Assembly: GCA_965207225.1 (NCBI GenBank)
Contig: CBDBLV010000005.1
Span: 96,001-160,000, forward strand
Origin: Dehalococcoidia bacterium
GTDB taxonomy: Bacteria > Chloroflexota > Dehalococcoidia > Plut-88900
DNA: 64,000 bases
Direction: 5' to 3'
In this document: positions 32,514 through 41,433 of the stretch, piece after piece
How positions within the stretch are numbered: position 1 is the stretch's first letter
How the letters are laid out: each line of letters starts with the position of its first letter
Notes under the pieces: generated by a model
What the model was told of the DNA's origin: nothing
Seen by the model: the letters and a program-made list of their open reading frames with translations, nothing else
The model's database searches: none
Position numbers and translations under genes: made by a program

Positions 32514-32554
32514 TTGATTGAACATTGATTGAACTCGTGGCTGTTTTGATTGAA
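32514..32554. repeat. 11-bp-phased TTGATTGAA repeats (copy B)
   Basis: Units at 32514, 32525 and 32546. Confidence 0.85.
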
Positions 32555-32754
32555 TGACGCCTGGAGGGATTGCATGGGAGGGAAACACCACCCCAGATTC
32601 CTCGCGGGGCATCGGAATGACAGTGTGAAGGGCATTGGTTGGTGGTTGCAGCCCCGCACGCCGGGGAGGGGACACCACCCCGTTCCGCTCTTGAGACCCT
32701 TCGACTCCGCTCAGGGCGAGCGGAACCCCACCCATGGATTCCGGCTCGGGCGTG

Positions 32755-33438
32755 GGGTTGTTTGGTTGTGGGGTCTGGGTTTTCATGTTGTTCTGGCTGT
32801 TGGGTTTTGGGTCGGCGATGGAAGGTCCGGGACTCTGGTGCAGGATGACTATGACACCTACGCCGACGCTGGCAGCATCGGCGGTGTCCTGCCGTATCCC
32901 CACTCATGCCATTGGGGACTTGCCGGTGTCGAGGGCGTCCCTGGGTGGGGCATTCCGTCCTGCATCAGCGCTCGACCGCTGCGCAGGACAGCATTCGGCT
33001 CGAACCGTCATGGGCGGAACGGAATCCGCCGATAGTGACGGCAGTGGAGCCGCGTAGGGGCTCTAGGGCCCTAATCCCGGAAGCGCCGGGCCGTAGAATT
33101 TCGCCGACGAGTCAATGCCAGCGACATAGGCGTCCCAATACAGGGAGCACCGATTCGGCAGAGGCCCCTGGAAAGGGGTGTACCGCGTAGAGCAGATGGA
33201 CCTTCCATCGCCTGGGATCAGGGAAGGGGCACGGGACCCGTGGTGAGGGGGTGACGCTCTTGGCTTGGGCCTCGGGCCTGCGCGAGAGCCTTTGGGGTGG
33301 GCTGGGGCGTTGAGTCCCCCGACCCCCGACTGCTCGGGGGCAGGCTTTCTCGGGGGCGGTGCCTTGGGTCGGGTCTCGGGGGCTTCCCCGGGTTTTTGGT
33401 TCCTCCTTTGATGATGTGAGTTAGTGTTCGATCGGACG
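32755..33438 (-). ncRNA. Candidate large structured ncRNA / long leader (copy B)
   Basis: 15-bp helix 32814-32828/33198-33212; colinear with 8900-9563, with compensatory changes. Confidence 0.6.
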
Positions 33439-33444
33439 GAGGAT

Positions 33445-33473
33445 ATGATAGTACGGTCGGACAGGTGTGTCAA
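33445..33473 (-). promoter_or_regulatory. Near-consensus sigma70 promoter of the candidate ncRNA (copy B)
   Basis: TTGACA-N17-TATCAT. Confidence 0.8.
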
Positions 33474-33556
33474 GAGCAAATGTGCGGCTTTGGGGGGGAA
33501 TATCTGAACTGTGATTCGTGGGATTGATGGATTGGTCTGATTTGTTGGGGGGAGGG

Positions 33557-34001
33557 ATGCAAGTCTTGGCGTGGTTGGCGGGCGGGGTACCCACGAGGGG
33601 CACCCCTACAGGGGAGGGAGAGAAGAACAGAGGCCGACGTGGGTATGTCGCACCCACGTCGGCCTCTGGTTTGGTACTGGGGGAGGAGGAGGGAATCCCA
33701 CCCCAGATTCCTCGCGGGGCATCGGAATGACAGTTGCCTTTAGTTCGGTACTGGGTCGGTACTGGGGAGGAGGATGGTAGGGTTTTGGGGACATGCAAGT
33801 CTTAGCGTGGGTGGGGGGCAGGGCACCCACAAGGGGCACCCCGCCCCATTCCGCTCTTGAGACTCCCTCGAGGGACTCGGGACAGGCTCTTCGACTCCGC
33901 TCAGGGCGAGCGGAACCCCACACCGGGGATGGATTCCTCCGACCCCCGACTGCTCGAGGGCATGCTTTTATCGAGGGGCAGGCTTTAGTCGGGAATGAGG
34001 G
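33557..34001. repeat. Mosaic REP/BIME-like palindrome cluster
   Basis: GTAG-type REP (33585-33609), GCCGACGTGGGT...ACCCACGTCGGC hairpin, 33-bp unit at 33701, and a CTTCGACTCCGCTCAGGGCGAGCGGAACCCCA unit shared with ~32700. Confidence 0.75.
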
Positions 34002-34018
34002 GTTGAGGGTCGGCTTGG

Positions 34019-34047
34019 TTGACAGTGCAGGGGGGTGGAATTACCAT
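34019..34047 (+). promoter_or_regulatory. tRNA operon promoter
   Basis: TTGACA-N17-TACCAT. Confidence 0.7.
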
Positions 34048-34085
34048 TTGGGTTCGCCAAGGGTGAGCCTTTGGCGCTCGGGGCG

Positions 34086-34162
34086 GGGCGGTTAGCTCAG
34101 TTGGTGAGAGCGCCTGCTTCACACGCAGGAGGTCGCTGGTTCGAGTCCAGCATCGCCCACCA
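34086..34162 (+). tRNA. tRNA-Val(CAC)
   Basis: Cloverleaf; CCTGC-TTCACAC-GCAGG anticodon arm; GGTTCGAGTCC; CCA end. Confidence 0.97.
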
Positions 34163-34200
34163 TGAGAGCGGGAGGAGCCGGGCCCCGGGTGGGTGCATAG

Positions 34201-34287
34201 GCCGAAGTGGCGGAACGGCAGACGCGCTGCGTTCAGGGCGCAGTGTCCCTTGAGGACGTGTGGGTTCAAATCCCACCTTCGGCACCA
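34201..34287 (+). tRNA. tRNA-Leu(CAG)
   Basis: GCCGAAG/CTTCGGC acceptor stem, long variable arm, CTGCG-TTCAGGG-CGCAG, CCA end. Confidence 0.97.
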
Positions 34288-34327
34288 ATACTTGAGATTA
34301 CGGCTATAATCTGTTCCTGGCGATGAA

Positions 34328-34404
34328 GCGCTTGTAGCTCAGATGGATAGAGCGCGGCCCTGCGGAGGCCGAGGTCGTGGGTTCGAGCCCCGCCAAGCGC
34401 GCCA
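34328..34404 (+). tRNA. tRNA-Arg(GCG)
   Basis: GCGCTTG/CAAGCGC acceptor stem, CGGCC-CTGCGGA-GGCCG, CCA end. Confidence 0.95.
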
Positions 34405-36081
34405 GACTTTTCTAATTCTCGGGAGTGGGGCGGTTAGCTCAGTTGGTGAGAGCGCTTGCCTTACAAGCAAGAGGTCACTGGTTCGAGTCCAGTACCGCCC
34501 ACCAGCGACTCCCATACTGCGAACTCCCCTGCCCAGGGCGACCTCCGCCAGGTCTGCCCCGCCTATGGGAGAGTCCTCCGGGGTAGGGATTGAGTAGTGG
34601 ATCGTCGCCCTGCCGGGCCTGACCTCGATCTCGTTGACGAAGGACCGGATGAAGGCCCGCGACTCGGTAATCTCGCTCTCCCTTAGGAACCTGCTCATGT
34701 CCAGGGCGAAGGCCGCTATGGTTTCCACCTTGTCCAGGGTCACCCTGCGCTTCGACAGCATGGCCCTGGCATCCTCGGCGGCGGCCTCCAGCTTCTCCTT
34801 GCGCTCCCGGTGCTCCTTGATGCGGTCCGTGGCGTCGGACATCTCGATCTCGGTGGTCTCGATGACCTGCCAGATGCGCCCCAGCCGCCGCTTCACCTCC
34901 TCCAGCTCCTCCTCGATGACCTTCAGCCGCTGGCGCTGCTCCCTGGCCACCCCGTCCATCTCCTCGTCCACGATCTTGACCAGTTCGGTGATGTTGGACT
35001 CGGTGAGGATGTTGTCCCGGATGTTTTCAACTATCAGGCCCTCGAACCGCTTGGCGTTGAGCCTGGGGGTGGTGCAGGTCCCGCTGCCCTTCTTGAGCAG
35101 GGAGTGGCAGACGTAGTAGGTGTACTTGCCGCCCTTGGCCTCGGCGGCGGTGAGGGCCTTCCTGCACCTCTGGCACTTGACCAGCCCGCTGAGCAGGTAG
35201 GGGCTGGAGGCCCGGCGGGGGTGGACGGCCTTGGGCGCTCGTGAGCGCAGCAGCCGTCTCACCTGGCGGTACTTGCTCTTGGAGATCAGGGCGGGGAACG
35301 CCTTCTCCACCCGCACCGGCTCCGCGCCGTCCCTGGCCTTGGTTCCCCACACCAGAACCCCCGTATAGGCTTCGTTGGTGAGCATGGTGTGGACGGCGCT
35401 CTTGAGCCACTGCTTGCCCCTGGGAGAGGGAACGCCCTCGGCGTTGAGGGTCTTGGTGATGTCCAGGGAGCTATGGCCCTTCAGCGCCATGTCGAAGACG
35501 CGCTTGACCACGGCGTCGGCGGGCGGGTCGGGCTCCAGCTTGGGGCGCTTCTTGGCCCCGTCCTGGACGTAGACCTTGCGGTAGCCGTAGGGGGCGAAGG
35601 TGGCGACCCAGAAGCCTCTCGACGCCGCCTCCCGCATTCCACGGGAGACCTCCTCTGCAAGATTGGCGCTGTAGAACTCGTCCACCGACTCGATGATGGC
35701 CTCCATGAGCTTGCCGGTGGGGGAGTCGTCGGCGTGCTCGGTGATGGAGGTGACGCGGATGCCCCTGCGTCTGAGCATGGACTTGAAGGCGACGGCGTGC
35801 TCCCGCTTGCGGGTGAATCTCGAGAATTTCCAGACCAAGATTTCCTGGAACGGGGCCTCGGGCTTGCCCGCCTCGTCCAGCATCTTCTGGAACTGGGGAC
35901 GGTCGGCGATGCGGCCACTCTCGGCTTCGTCCACGTACTCCCTTGCCACGACGTAGCCGTTCTTCTGGGCGTAGTCCCTGAGCGCCCGCATCTGGGCGGC
36001 CACGGACAGGTCCACGTCCTGGCGGTCGCTGGAGACCCTGGCGTAGAGGGCGACGGGTATCAACTCGGTTCGTTCACTCAT
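34339..36081 (-). CDS. Large serine recombinase/integrase
   Basis: ALYARVSS...Q, WKFSRFTR, PYGY, recombinase domain, LLSGLVKCQRC zinc ribbon, coiled coil; AAGGAG RBS before ATG 36081. Confidence 0.93.
   Translation of the reverse strand: MSERTELIPVALYARVSSDRQDVDLSVAAQMRALRDYAQKNGYVVAREYVDEAESGRIADRPQFQKMLDEAGKPEAPFQEILVWKFSRFTRKREHAVAFKSMLRRRGIRVTSITEHADDSPTGKLMEAIIESVDEFYSANLAEEVSRGMREAASRGFWVATFAPYGYRKVYVQDGAKKRPKLEPDPPADAVVKRVFDMALKGHSSLDITKTLNAEGVPSPRGKQWLKSAVHTMLTNEAYTGVLVWGTKARDGAEPVRVEKAFPALISKSKYRQVRRLLRSRAPKAVHPRRASSPYLLSGLVKCQRCRKALTAAEAKGGKYTYYVCHSLLKKGSGTCTTPRLNAKRFEGLIVENIRDNILTESNITELVKIVDEEMDGVAREQRQRLKVIEEELEEVKRRLGRIWQVIETTEIEMSDATDRIKEHRERKEKLEAAAEDARAMLSKRRVTLDKVETIAAFALDMSRFLRESEITESRAFIRSFVNEIEVRPGRATIHYSIPTPEDSPIGGADLAEVALGRGVRSMGVAGGRYWTRTSDLLLVRQALSPTELTAPLPRIRKVWRAWRGSNPRPRPPQGRALSI
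34428..34504 (+). tRNA. tRNA-Val(TAC); probable integration site
   Basis: GGGCGGT/ACCGCCC acceptor stem, CTTGC-CTTACAA-GCAAG, CCA end. Confidence 0.97.
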
Positions 36082-36136
36082 TGGTTTCTCCTTGCTATCG
36101 ATCATACTATTCGGCGTCTCGAAGAGCAGAGGCTCC

Positions 36137-37231
36137 TCACCCCGCTGGACTGGCCCCCCAGCACTCCGTCAGGCCCTGTTCGGCGTCGATGGACGGCACC
36201 CCGGCGACCGGCTCCGCACTCACCAACGCCACGCCCGTATCGTGGAAGTCGAGCCCGGTTGGGGCCTGCGGCTTCTGTCCGGTCCGGACGTACTCAACCA
36301 CGGCCTCGACGCCAAGGGATGCCATGCGAACCGGATACTGCATCGCGGTGGCTCCGAGCTCACCGCTGGCGACCCTGCGCACGCCGGAACAGGCTCCGTC
36401 GATGGTGACGATCAGCACCTCGCGCTCCAGCCCCATGGAACGGAGCGCCGTGTATGCTCCCGCCGCCGCGGGTTCATTGATGGCGTACACCAGTCGGATC
36501 GACGGGTCCATGCGCATCAGGCGCTCCATCGCGCTGCGCCCGCCAGCTTCCGAGCCCATGGTCAATGCGCTGCCGGCGATGCGCGGGTCATCCTCGTCGT
36601 ACTTTCTTCCCGGGTCCTTGATATCGATGCCGAAGCCATGGAGGAAGCCCTGGTTGCGCATCACATCAACGGTGACCGGCATCTCGTAGCCGTCCAGCGT
36701 CACGATCCGCGTCCGGGCTGCCAGCGGCCCCAGCCTTTGCCGCGCCCAGAGGCCGATCAGTTCACCGGCCCGGAAGTTGTCGGTGGCGAAGGTTGCGTCA
36801 ACCGTGTCCGGCGGATCGAAGGGCGTGTCGAGGGCGATCACCAGCAGGCCCTCTGCACGCGCTTGCGCGACCGCCGGCTCTAGAGCCAGCGGGTCCGACG
36901 GGGTGATGAGGATGCCCTTCGCCCCCGCCGCGACCAGTTCTTCGATGGCCGCTATCTGCGCCTGTGCATCCCCGTCGTAGGCGCCGCTGTACGTGCGCAG
37001 CTCTACGTCAAGCTCCTCGGCGCGCTGAAGCGCCGCCTCGGCCATGGTGACGAAGAAGGGGTTGCCTTCGGTCTTGGTAATCAGTCCCACGAGCACAGGC
37101 TCGGACTCGTTGGAGCCGGATTCCTGGGCGCAACCGGCAAGAATCACGACGGCGAGGCAGAACAACACGGCGACGAGGGACGGCACCCTGGTGTACAGGG
37201 CCACTGGAGTGCAGCCATTCGTCTGACTCAT
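36137..37231 (-). CDS. Sugar ABC transporter substrate-binding lipoprotein (FrcB/fructose-like), orphan
   Basis: LAGC lipobox, LITKTEGNPFFV, FATDNFRAG, VYAINEPAAAGA, ATAMQYP; no permease or ATPase nearby. Confidence 0.85.
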   Translation of the reverse strand: MSQTNGCTPVALYTRVPSLVAVLFCLAVVILAGCAQESGSNESEPVLVGLITKTEGNPFFVTMAEAALQRAEELDVELRTYSGAYDGDAQAQIAAIEELVAAGAKGILITPSDPLALEPAVAQARAEGLLVIALDTPFDPPDTVDATFATDNFRAGELIGLWARQRLGPLAARTRIVTLDGYEMPVTVDVMRNQGFLHGFGIDIKDPGRKYDEDDPRIAGSALTMGSEAGGRSAMERLMRMDPSIRLVYAINEPAAAGAYTALRSMGLEREVLIVTIDGACSGVRRVASGELGATAMQYPVRMASLGVEAVVEYVRTGQKPQAPTGLDFHDTGVALVSAEPVAGVPSIDAEQGLTECWGASPAG

Positions 37232-37233
37232 CT

Positions 37234-37449
37234 TTATCCTTCCCTGTCCTGTCTCGTTTGGCGTGAACGCCGTCGCTGCATCCGCTCCGTGATGCGCCAC
37301 TCCCGTTCCTCCATGTAGAGGCGGATGGCCTCCCGGAGAACCTCGCTCACGGTGCGCTGTTCATCCGTCGCCACGTCCCGAAGCACCTGCGCCGTCTCGG
37401 GCGGCAGGGAGAAGGTGATGGTGTCGGTGTTCCTGGGTTTGACGGGCAT
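37234..37449 (-). CDS. Ribbon-helix-helix (CopG-like) DNA-binding protein
   Basis: TITFSLPPE...RTVSEVLREAIRLY. Confidence 0.8.
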   Translation of the reverse strand: MPVKPRNTDTITFSLPPETAQVLRDVATDEQRTVSEVLREAIRLYMEEREWRITERMQRRRSRQTRQDREG

Positions 37450-38302
37450 GGCTCTCTTCTTGATATGGCACTGCGTCTTACTCTCTATCATCTCGCAACC
37501 GCACTCCTTTCGTCAAGGGAGAAGTGGCGGGAATCGGTCCGGGCTACACCGCAGCGAGCAATCCGGCGGGGCCGGTTGAGGCGGTCGATACCCTTTCTGA
37601 AGCCTCCGGGAGCGCCTTCGGAGGCCGGTTTTGATGTCGTGGGGGTGTACAGGGATTTGCGTCAGTTGCAGAAATGCAAGTCGGGGGCACTTCCAAGCTG
37701 AAATCGAGCGAAAGGGAGGGGTGGTTGGCAAGTGAGCAAGCAATGTTTGGTCGGGGCGTGTTCCACGGATTCCGGCGGAGTTGCAGAAATGCAAGTCAGC
37801 AAGACAGCCACATGGGAGCCACGTCGCAGCAAGCGATGCCGATGCCCTCTGGGACTGCGACAATGTGATTGGTGACCGGTCACCCCGTCCAGAACATCGA
37901 AAAGGACGAGCATGAGGTTGTCGGCGATCCCGCCGGTTCTGCAACGAATTGTACTTTCGGGAGCTGTTGGAGGCTGACACGGTAAGTAGTGGGAATGGCC
38001 TTTTGTCCCCTATAGGAAGTCCTGGGAACGGCTCGGTGGGACAAGTCGCAGCATGTTGCGCAGTCTTCGGCGTCCGTGTGTGGGACGCAGTGGCCGGGCG
38101 GCTGTAGGCAGGAATCGTAGCTGAGGGATGACGGTGACGGGGGGTGTGATGCAGCGGGGAAGACGGCCTGACCGGTCGGTTCTGCAACGGATTGTACTTC
38201 TGAGGGCGGTAGCGGAGATGCGCGACCGGTCACGTGGGCAAGTTGTCCCAGCAAGGCTGCTGGGACAGCCCCTATTGGAAGGGTTCGGAACGGAAAAGGC
38301 GG

Positions 38303-40348
38303 TCATTGCGCAGGCTGATACGTCAGGGCCAGGGGCCTTCTGTGGAGGGAATACGGCGGGGGCAGTATCCATGCATCGCCCAGGACGCCATGCTCGGCAA
38401 GGTCCACAGTGTTCGATGTGACGATGGGCGCGTCGTCCTCTGTGTCGGCGATGTCGAGGAAGGCGGTCTCGCTGTCGGGGGACTCGAAGACGAAGAGCAC
38501 GTGGGGCAGGTGTCCCTCGTGATCCCGCTTTGCCCAGCCGCTCCGGAAGTAGCGCCGGTAGGACCTCAGGCGTTTGGGGATGCGTTTCGGCGTGGTGGCC
38601 CTCCGCTCGAACTCCAGCAGGTAGGGACGCCAATCGCCCTTGTACTCCAGGGTGAAGGAGGCGTCGGAGTGGATGGCGTAGGTGGTCTGGTCGTGGCGGT
38701 ATCCGATGCTGGAGCGGTGGGTGGGAAGCAGGTCGAACAGGTCGTGGTCCGGGGAGTTGGCGACCTCGGCGGAGAGGGCTGAAGCGAAGCCGACGACGCC
38801 GGCGTGGTGGCGCAGCTGGGCGGCCAGGGCGCGCAGGGCTGTCCCGACGTAGACGGAGGGCTTCCTGAGGGTGAGTTCTGGGCTCCAGCGGTCGAGGGTG
38901 AGGCCGACGGCGGCCCGGTCCCGTCGGGCCAGGTGTGTCAGCCCCTCGTCGGTGAGAACGAGCAGGGAGCCGTCCTCCCGCACGAGGCCGTGGTCACGGA
39001 GGGCGCGGAGCACCTGGTTGACCCGGCGCAGGGTGACGCCGCCCATGAGTCCCGCAAGCTGCTCACGGGTGCACAGGGGCCATGCCGACAGCAGGTCCAG
39101 GGCGTCCTTCCCGGCGCGGGTGAGTTGCGCCGAGAGAGATGACGTGAGTTGCTCGCCAGGCTCCGGCATGACGGCCTTCACACGGGAGGAGTAGAGGTCT
39201 TCGAGATCGGGCCTCGGGTTGTCGCGGAAGGACGAATGGGACGAGTCCAGCAGCCGATCCATCCACGCCAGGATGCTTCTCAGGGACGCGCCGGGGTCGA
39301 TAGGCACGGGCGGGTCATTGTCCCGTCCGTCTCCGCACTGTTGCCAGACGGTGCCGGTGTGGGCAAGGGCCAGAAGCTCCCCCTCCGTCGCTGCGAAGGT
39401 CCTGCGGTGCTCCGACGGGTCTCCCAGTGAGCGTATCGCCCTGCGGGTGGCCTGGTCGGCATGGGTCAGGACCAGGGTGACGAAGGGCCTCTGACGACTG
39501 GGGAGGCGCTCCATGCTCCTCAGGCGGTAGCGGAGTTTGGAGGTGGGCAGGGTCTGACCCTGGCGGATGATGCCGATGGAGCGGCCACCTGATAGCGTCA
39601 CCAGCATGTCGTAGGGGCCGCTGCGGTAGTGGTCTACCCGCACGAGCTTCTCATGCTGATCTGCGTCGGCGATCATGGCGGCGACGCGGTAAAGGACGGC
39701 CACGGCGTCCATGCGCTCGGCCAGCAGCCGGAACCACTGCTTGGACACCGGGTACTCGCTGAGGAAGTGATCCGTGCCGTGCTCGATCCGCCCTCCGGTG
39801 AGGATCCCCTGCTTCGTGGGGAAGTAGCGGCGCTGCGGGCGGGAGCCGAGAACGCTCAGGTGGTGCGGGACGGAACCCACCAGGCCCCGCTTGGCGAGGT
39901 TGCTCAGCCGGTCACGCAACGTGGAGGCGGGAACGCGCCCGAAGCGGGCCAACTCGTCCACGGTGGCCAGTGGCGCTGCGCACAGCAGCCGGAGGGCGTC
40001 CTCCAGGGCCTCGGACAGAGGACGCGTGCGCCGCTCGGCGACCGGACCGCCGTCGTCCTTCAGCCGCCTGGCCTGCGCCTGGAGTATCAGCCGCTCTTCG
40101 GCGTCCTCCAACGCCTCTGCGCTCTTGCCCACGCGCTCCAGCACCGCCCGGGGTATGGCCCGTCCCGTGTGGCCCCGGTCGAGGAAGCGCCACAGGGTGT
40201 GACGGGACACGCCGAGGGTCTCGGCCGCCTTGGGCCTGCCATGCAGCACGGCGTAGGTGCGCACGTAGTCCCGGACCGCCTCGTCGAGGTCCGCTCCGGC
40301 CTGCGCCGCGCCGTTCGATGCTTGTGTTCGTGTATCTGTGGCTACCAA
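38303..40348 (-). CDS. Replication-relaxation-like protein (N-terminal HTH + two wHTH/PD-(D/E)XK-type units)
   Basis: LCTREQLA...LTDEG...SDA...LLEFER...Y..YF...PHVLFV, typical of Replic_Relax; paralog of 57732-59429. Confidence 0.65.
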   Translation of the reverse strand: MVATDTRTQASNGAAQAGADLDEAVRDYVRTYAVLHGRPKAAETLGVSRHTLWRFLDRGHTGRAIPRAVLERVGKSAEALEDAEERLILQAQARRLKDDGGPVAERRTRPLSEALEDALRLLCAAPLATVDELARFGRVPASTLRDRLSNLAKRGLVGSVPHHLSVLGSRPQRRYFPTKQGILTGGRIEHGTDHFLSEYPVSKQWFRLLAERMDAVAVLYRVAAMIADADQHEKLVRVDHYRSGPYDMLVTLSGGRSIGIIRQGQTLPTSKLRYRLRSMERLPSRQRPFVTLVLTHADQATRRAIRSLGDPSEHRRTFAATEGELLALAHTGTVWQQCGDGRDNDPPVPIDPGASLRSILAWMDRLLDSSHSSFRDNPRPDLEDLYSSRVKAVMPEPGEQLTSSLSAQLTRAGKDALDLLSAWPLCTREQLAGLMGGVTLRRVNQVLRALRDHGLVREDGSLLVLTDEGLTHLARRDRAAVGLTLDRWSPELTLRKPSVYVGTALRALAAQLRHHAGVVGFASALSAEVANSPDHDLFDLLPTHRSSIGYRHDQTTYAIHSDASFTLEYKGDWRPYLLEFERRATTPKRIPKRLRSYRRYFRSGWAKRDHEGHLPHVLFVFESPDSETAFLDIADTEDDAPIVTSNTVDLAEHGVLGDAWILPPPYSLHRRPLALTYQPAQ

Positions 40349-40533
40349 TCCGACGCCTCAACTTCCTCATGTCCCAACATCCCATCTTGAACGGGAAACT
40401 GCTCGCATGTAATGCCTTGCAAGCCGTTGTTATGGAGCGGGATTTGTGGTAGCGGTGGGGCCGTGATCACGATGCCCTGAGCCGCCGCCAGGGTGACGCG
40501 GCATTGAGGATGCGGGGCTTGCTTGATGGCGGT

Positions 40534-40773
40534 TCATCCGCGGGACCCCTTCTCTGACGGCGGCTTCGTGGACGTCGACGCTGCCTTGGGTATCTCACCC
40601 CGCAGATGGGCGCGGACGATCATCCGGGCCAGGATGCGCAGCCCGCGCTGGAGCTGAGCTCGCTGCTCGGCGGTGTAGGGCTTCATCGGCCTGTCGATGG
40701 AGGGATCGGGAGCGTCTCCTCCGCTCCTCTTCCTTTGCCCGTTCCTTGTATCTTCCCTATTGCTGTCTCTCAT
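40534..40773 (-). CDS. Small basic protein, candidate recombination directionality factor
   Basis: QLQRGLRILARMIVRAHL helix; a degenerate copy lies near 41700-41760. Confidence 0.5.
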   Translation of the reverse strand: MRDSNREDTRNGQRKRSGGDAPDPSIDRPMKPYTAEQRAQLQRGLRILARMIVRAHLRGEIPKAASTSTKPPSEKGSRG

Positions 40774-41169
40774 GGGTCACAGTCGCAGCGGCGGTTCGTC
40801 GGGCCGCTGGCCTCTCGTCTACAGGTGTCCTGGGTGGCCGCCGGGCACAGACGGACCGGCTGGCGGGCTACCGCCCGGTCTTTACGTCAGTGTGGGCGAC
40901 CGGAATGGCGAGCGTTATCCCCTGGAAGGGACTACATCGGTGTAGTCCCCTGGAAGCCATTACGCCGATGTAGCCAGTGCTGGTGAGCCGCAATGAGCCT
41001 CGGGCTGAGGCTGGGGAGGCCGCGGCGTCACTGGGGTTGTCGCTCTCCCTGTCGAACTCAGCGCCAAGATGTTCACCTCCTGCGGTTTGCGTCGCCCTTG
41101 CCAGAGAGTGTGAACGACCGGGACGCCGAAGAAGACCTCACGCATGGTGGCGCCACGGAGGGTCTCCAA

Positions 41170-41433
41170 TCGGGGAGCCGTTTCTTGCAGTGTTGGGGTG
41201 TACAGGAAATGGAGTTTGGTGACGAAGTGGTCGAAGTCGTGATGTCGTAGCTGAATCAGGGGTAAATCGGCCCCTATGGGCTGTAACCGGCAAGCAATCT
41301 GTTGAAAGGCCCCAGTTCGGTCTCCGATGACAAAGGAGGGCTTGAGGCGGGGGTGTCTACACCGGAGAAAATCGACGGTCCGATGACAAAAGCTGCCCAA
41401 AAATGAGCTTGAGGCGGGGGTGCATTACGCTGG
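41170..41433 (+). repeat. ~265-bp non-coding island repeat (inverted relative to 63718-63985)
   Basis: Shared blocks GGGGTGTACAGGAAATGGAGT, TCGTAGCTGAA.CAGGGGTAAATC, GAAAATCGACGGTCCGATGACA, GCTTGAGG.GGGGGTG. Confidence 0.85.

Noticed and set aside
32580-34001. CRISPR array
   Set aside because: Repeats are irregularly spaced, heterogeneous palindromes, and there are no cas genes.
33985-34269. ORF resembling the integrase C-terminus (GGRCWTRTSDLL)
   Set aside because: It is the antisense translation of tRNA-Val(CAC), which resembles tRNA-Val(TAC); not a second integrase.
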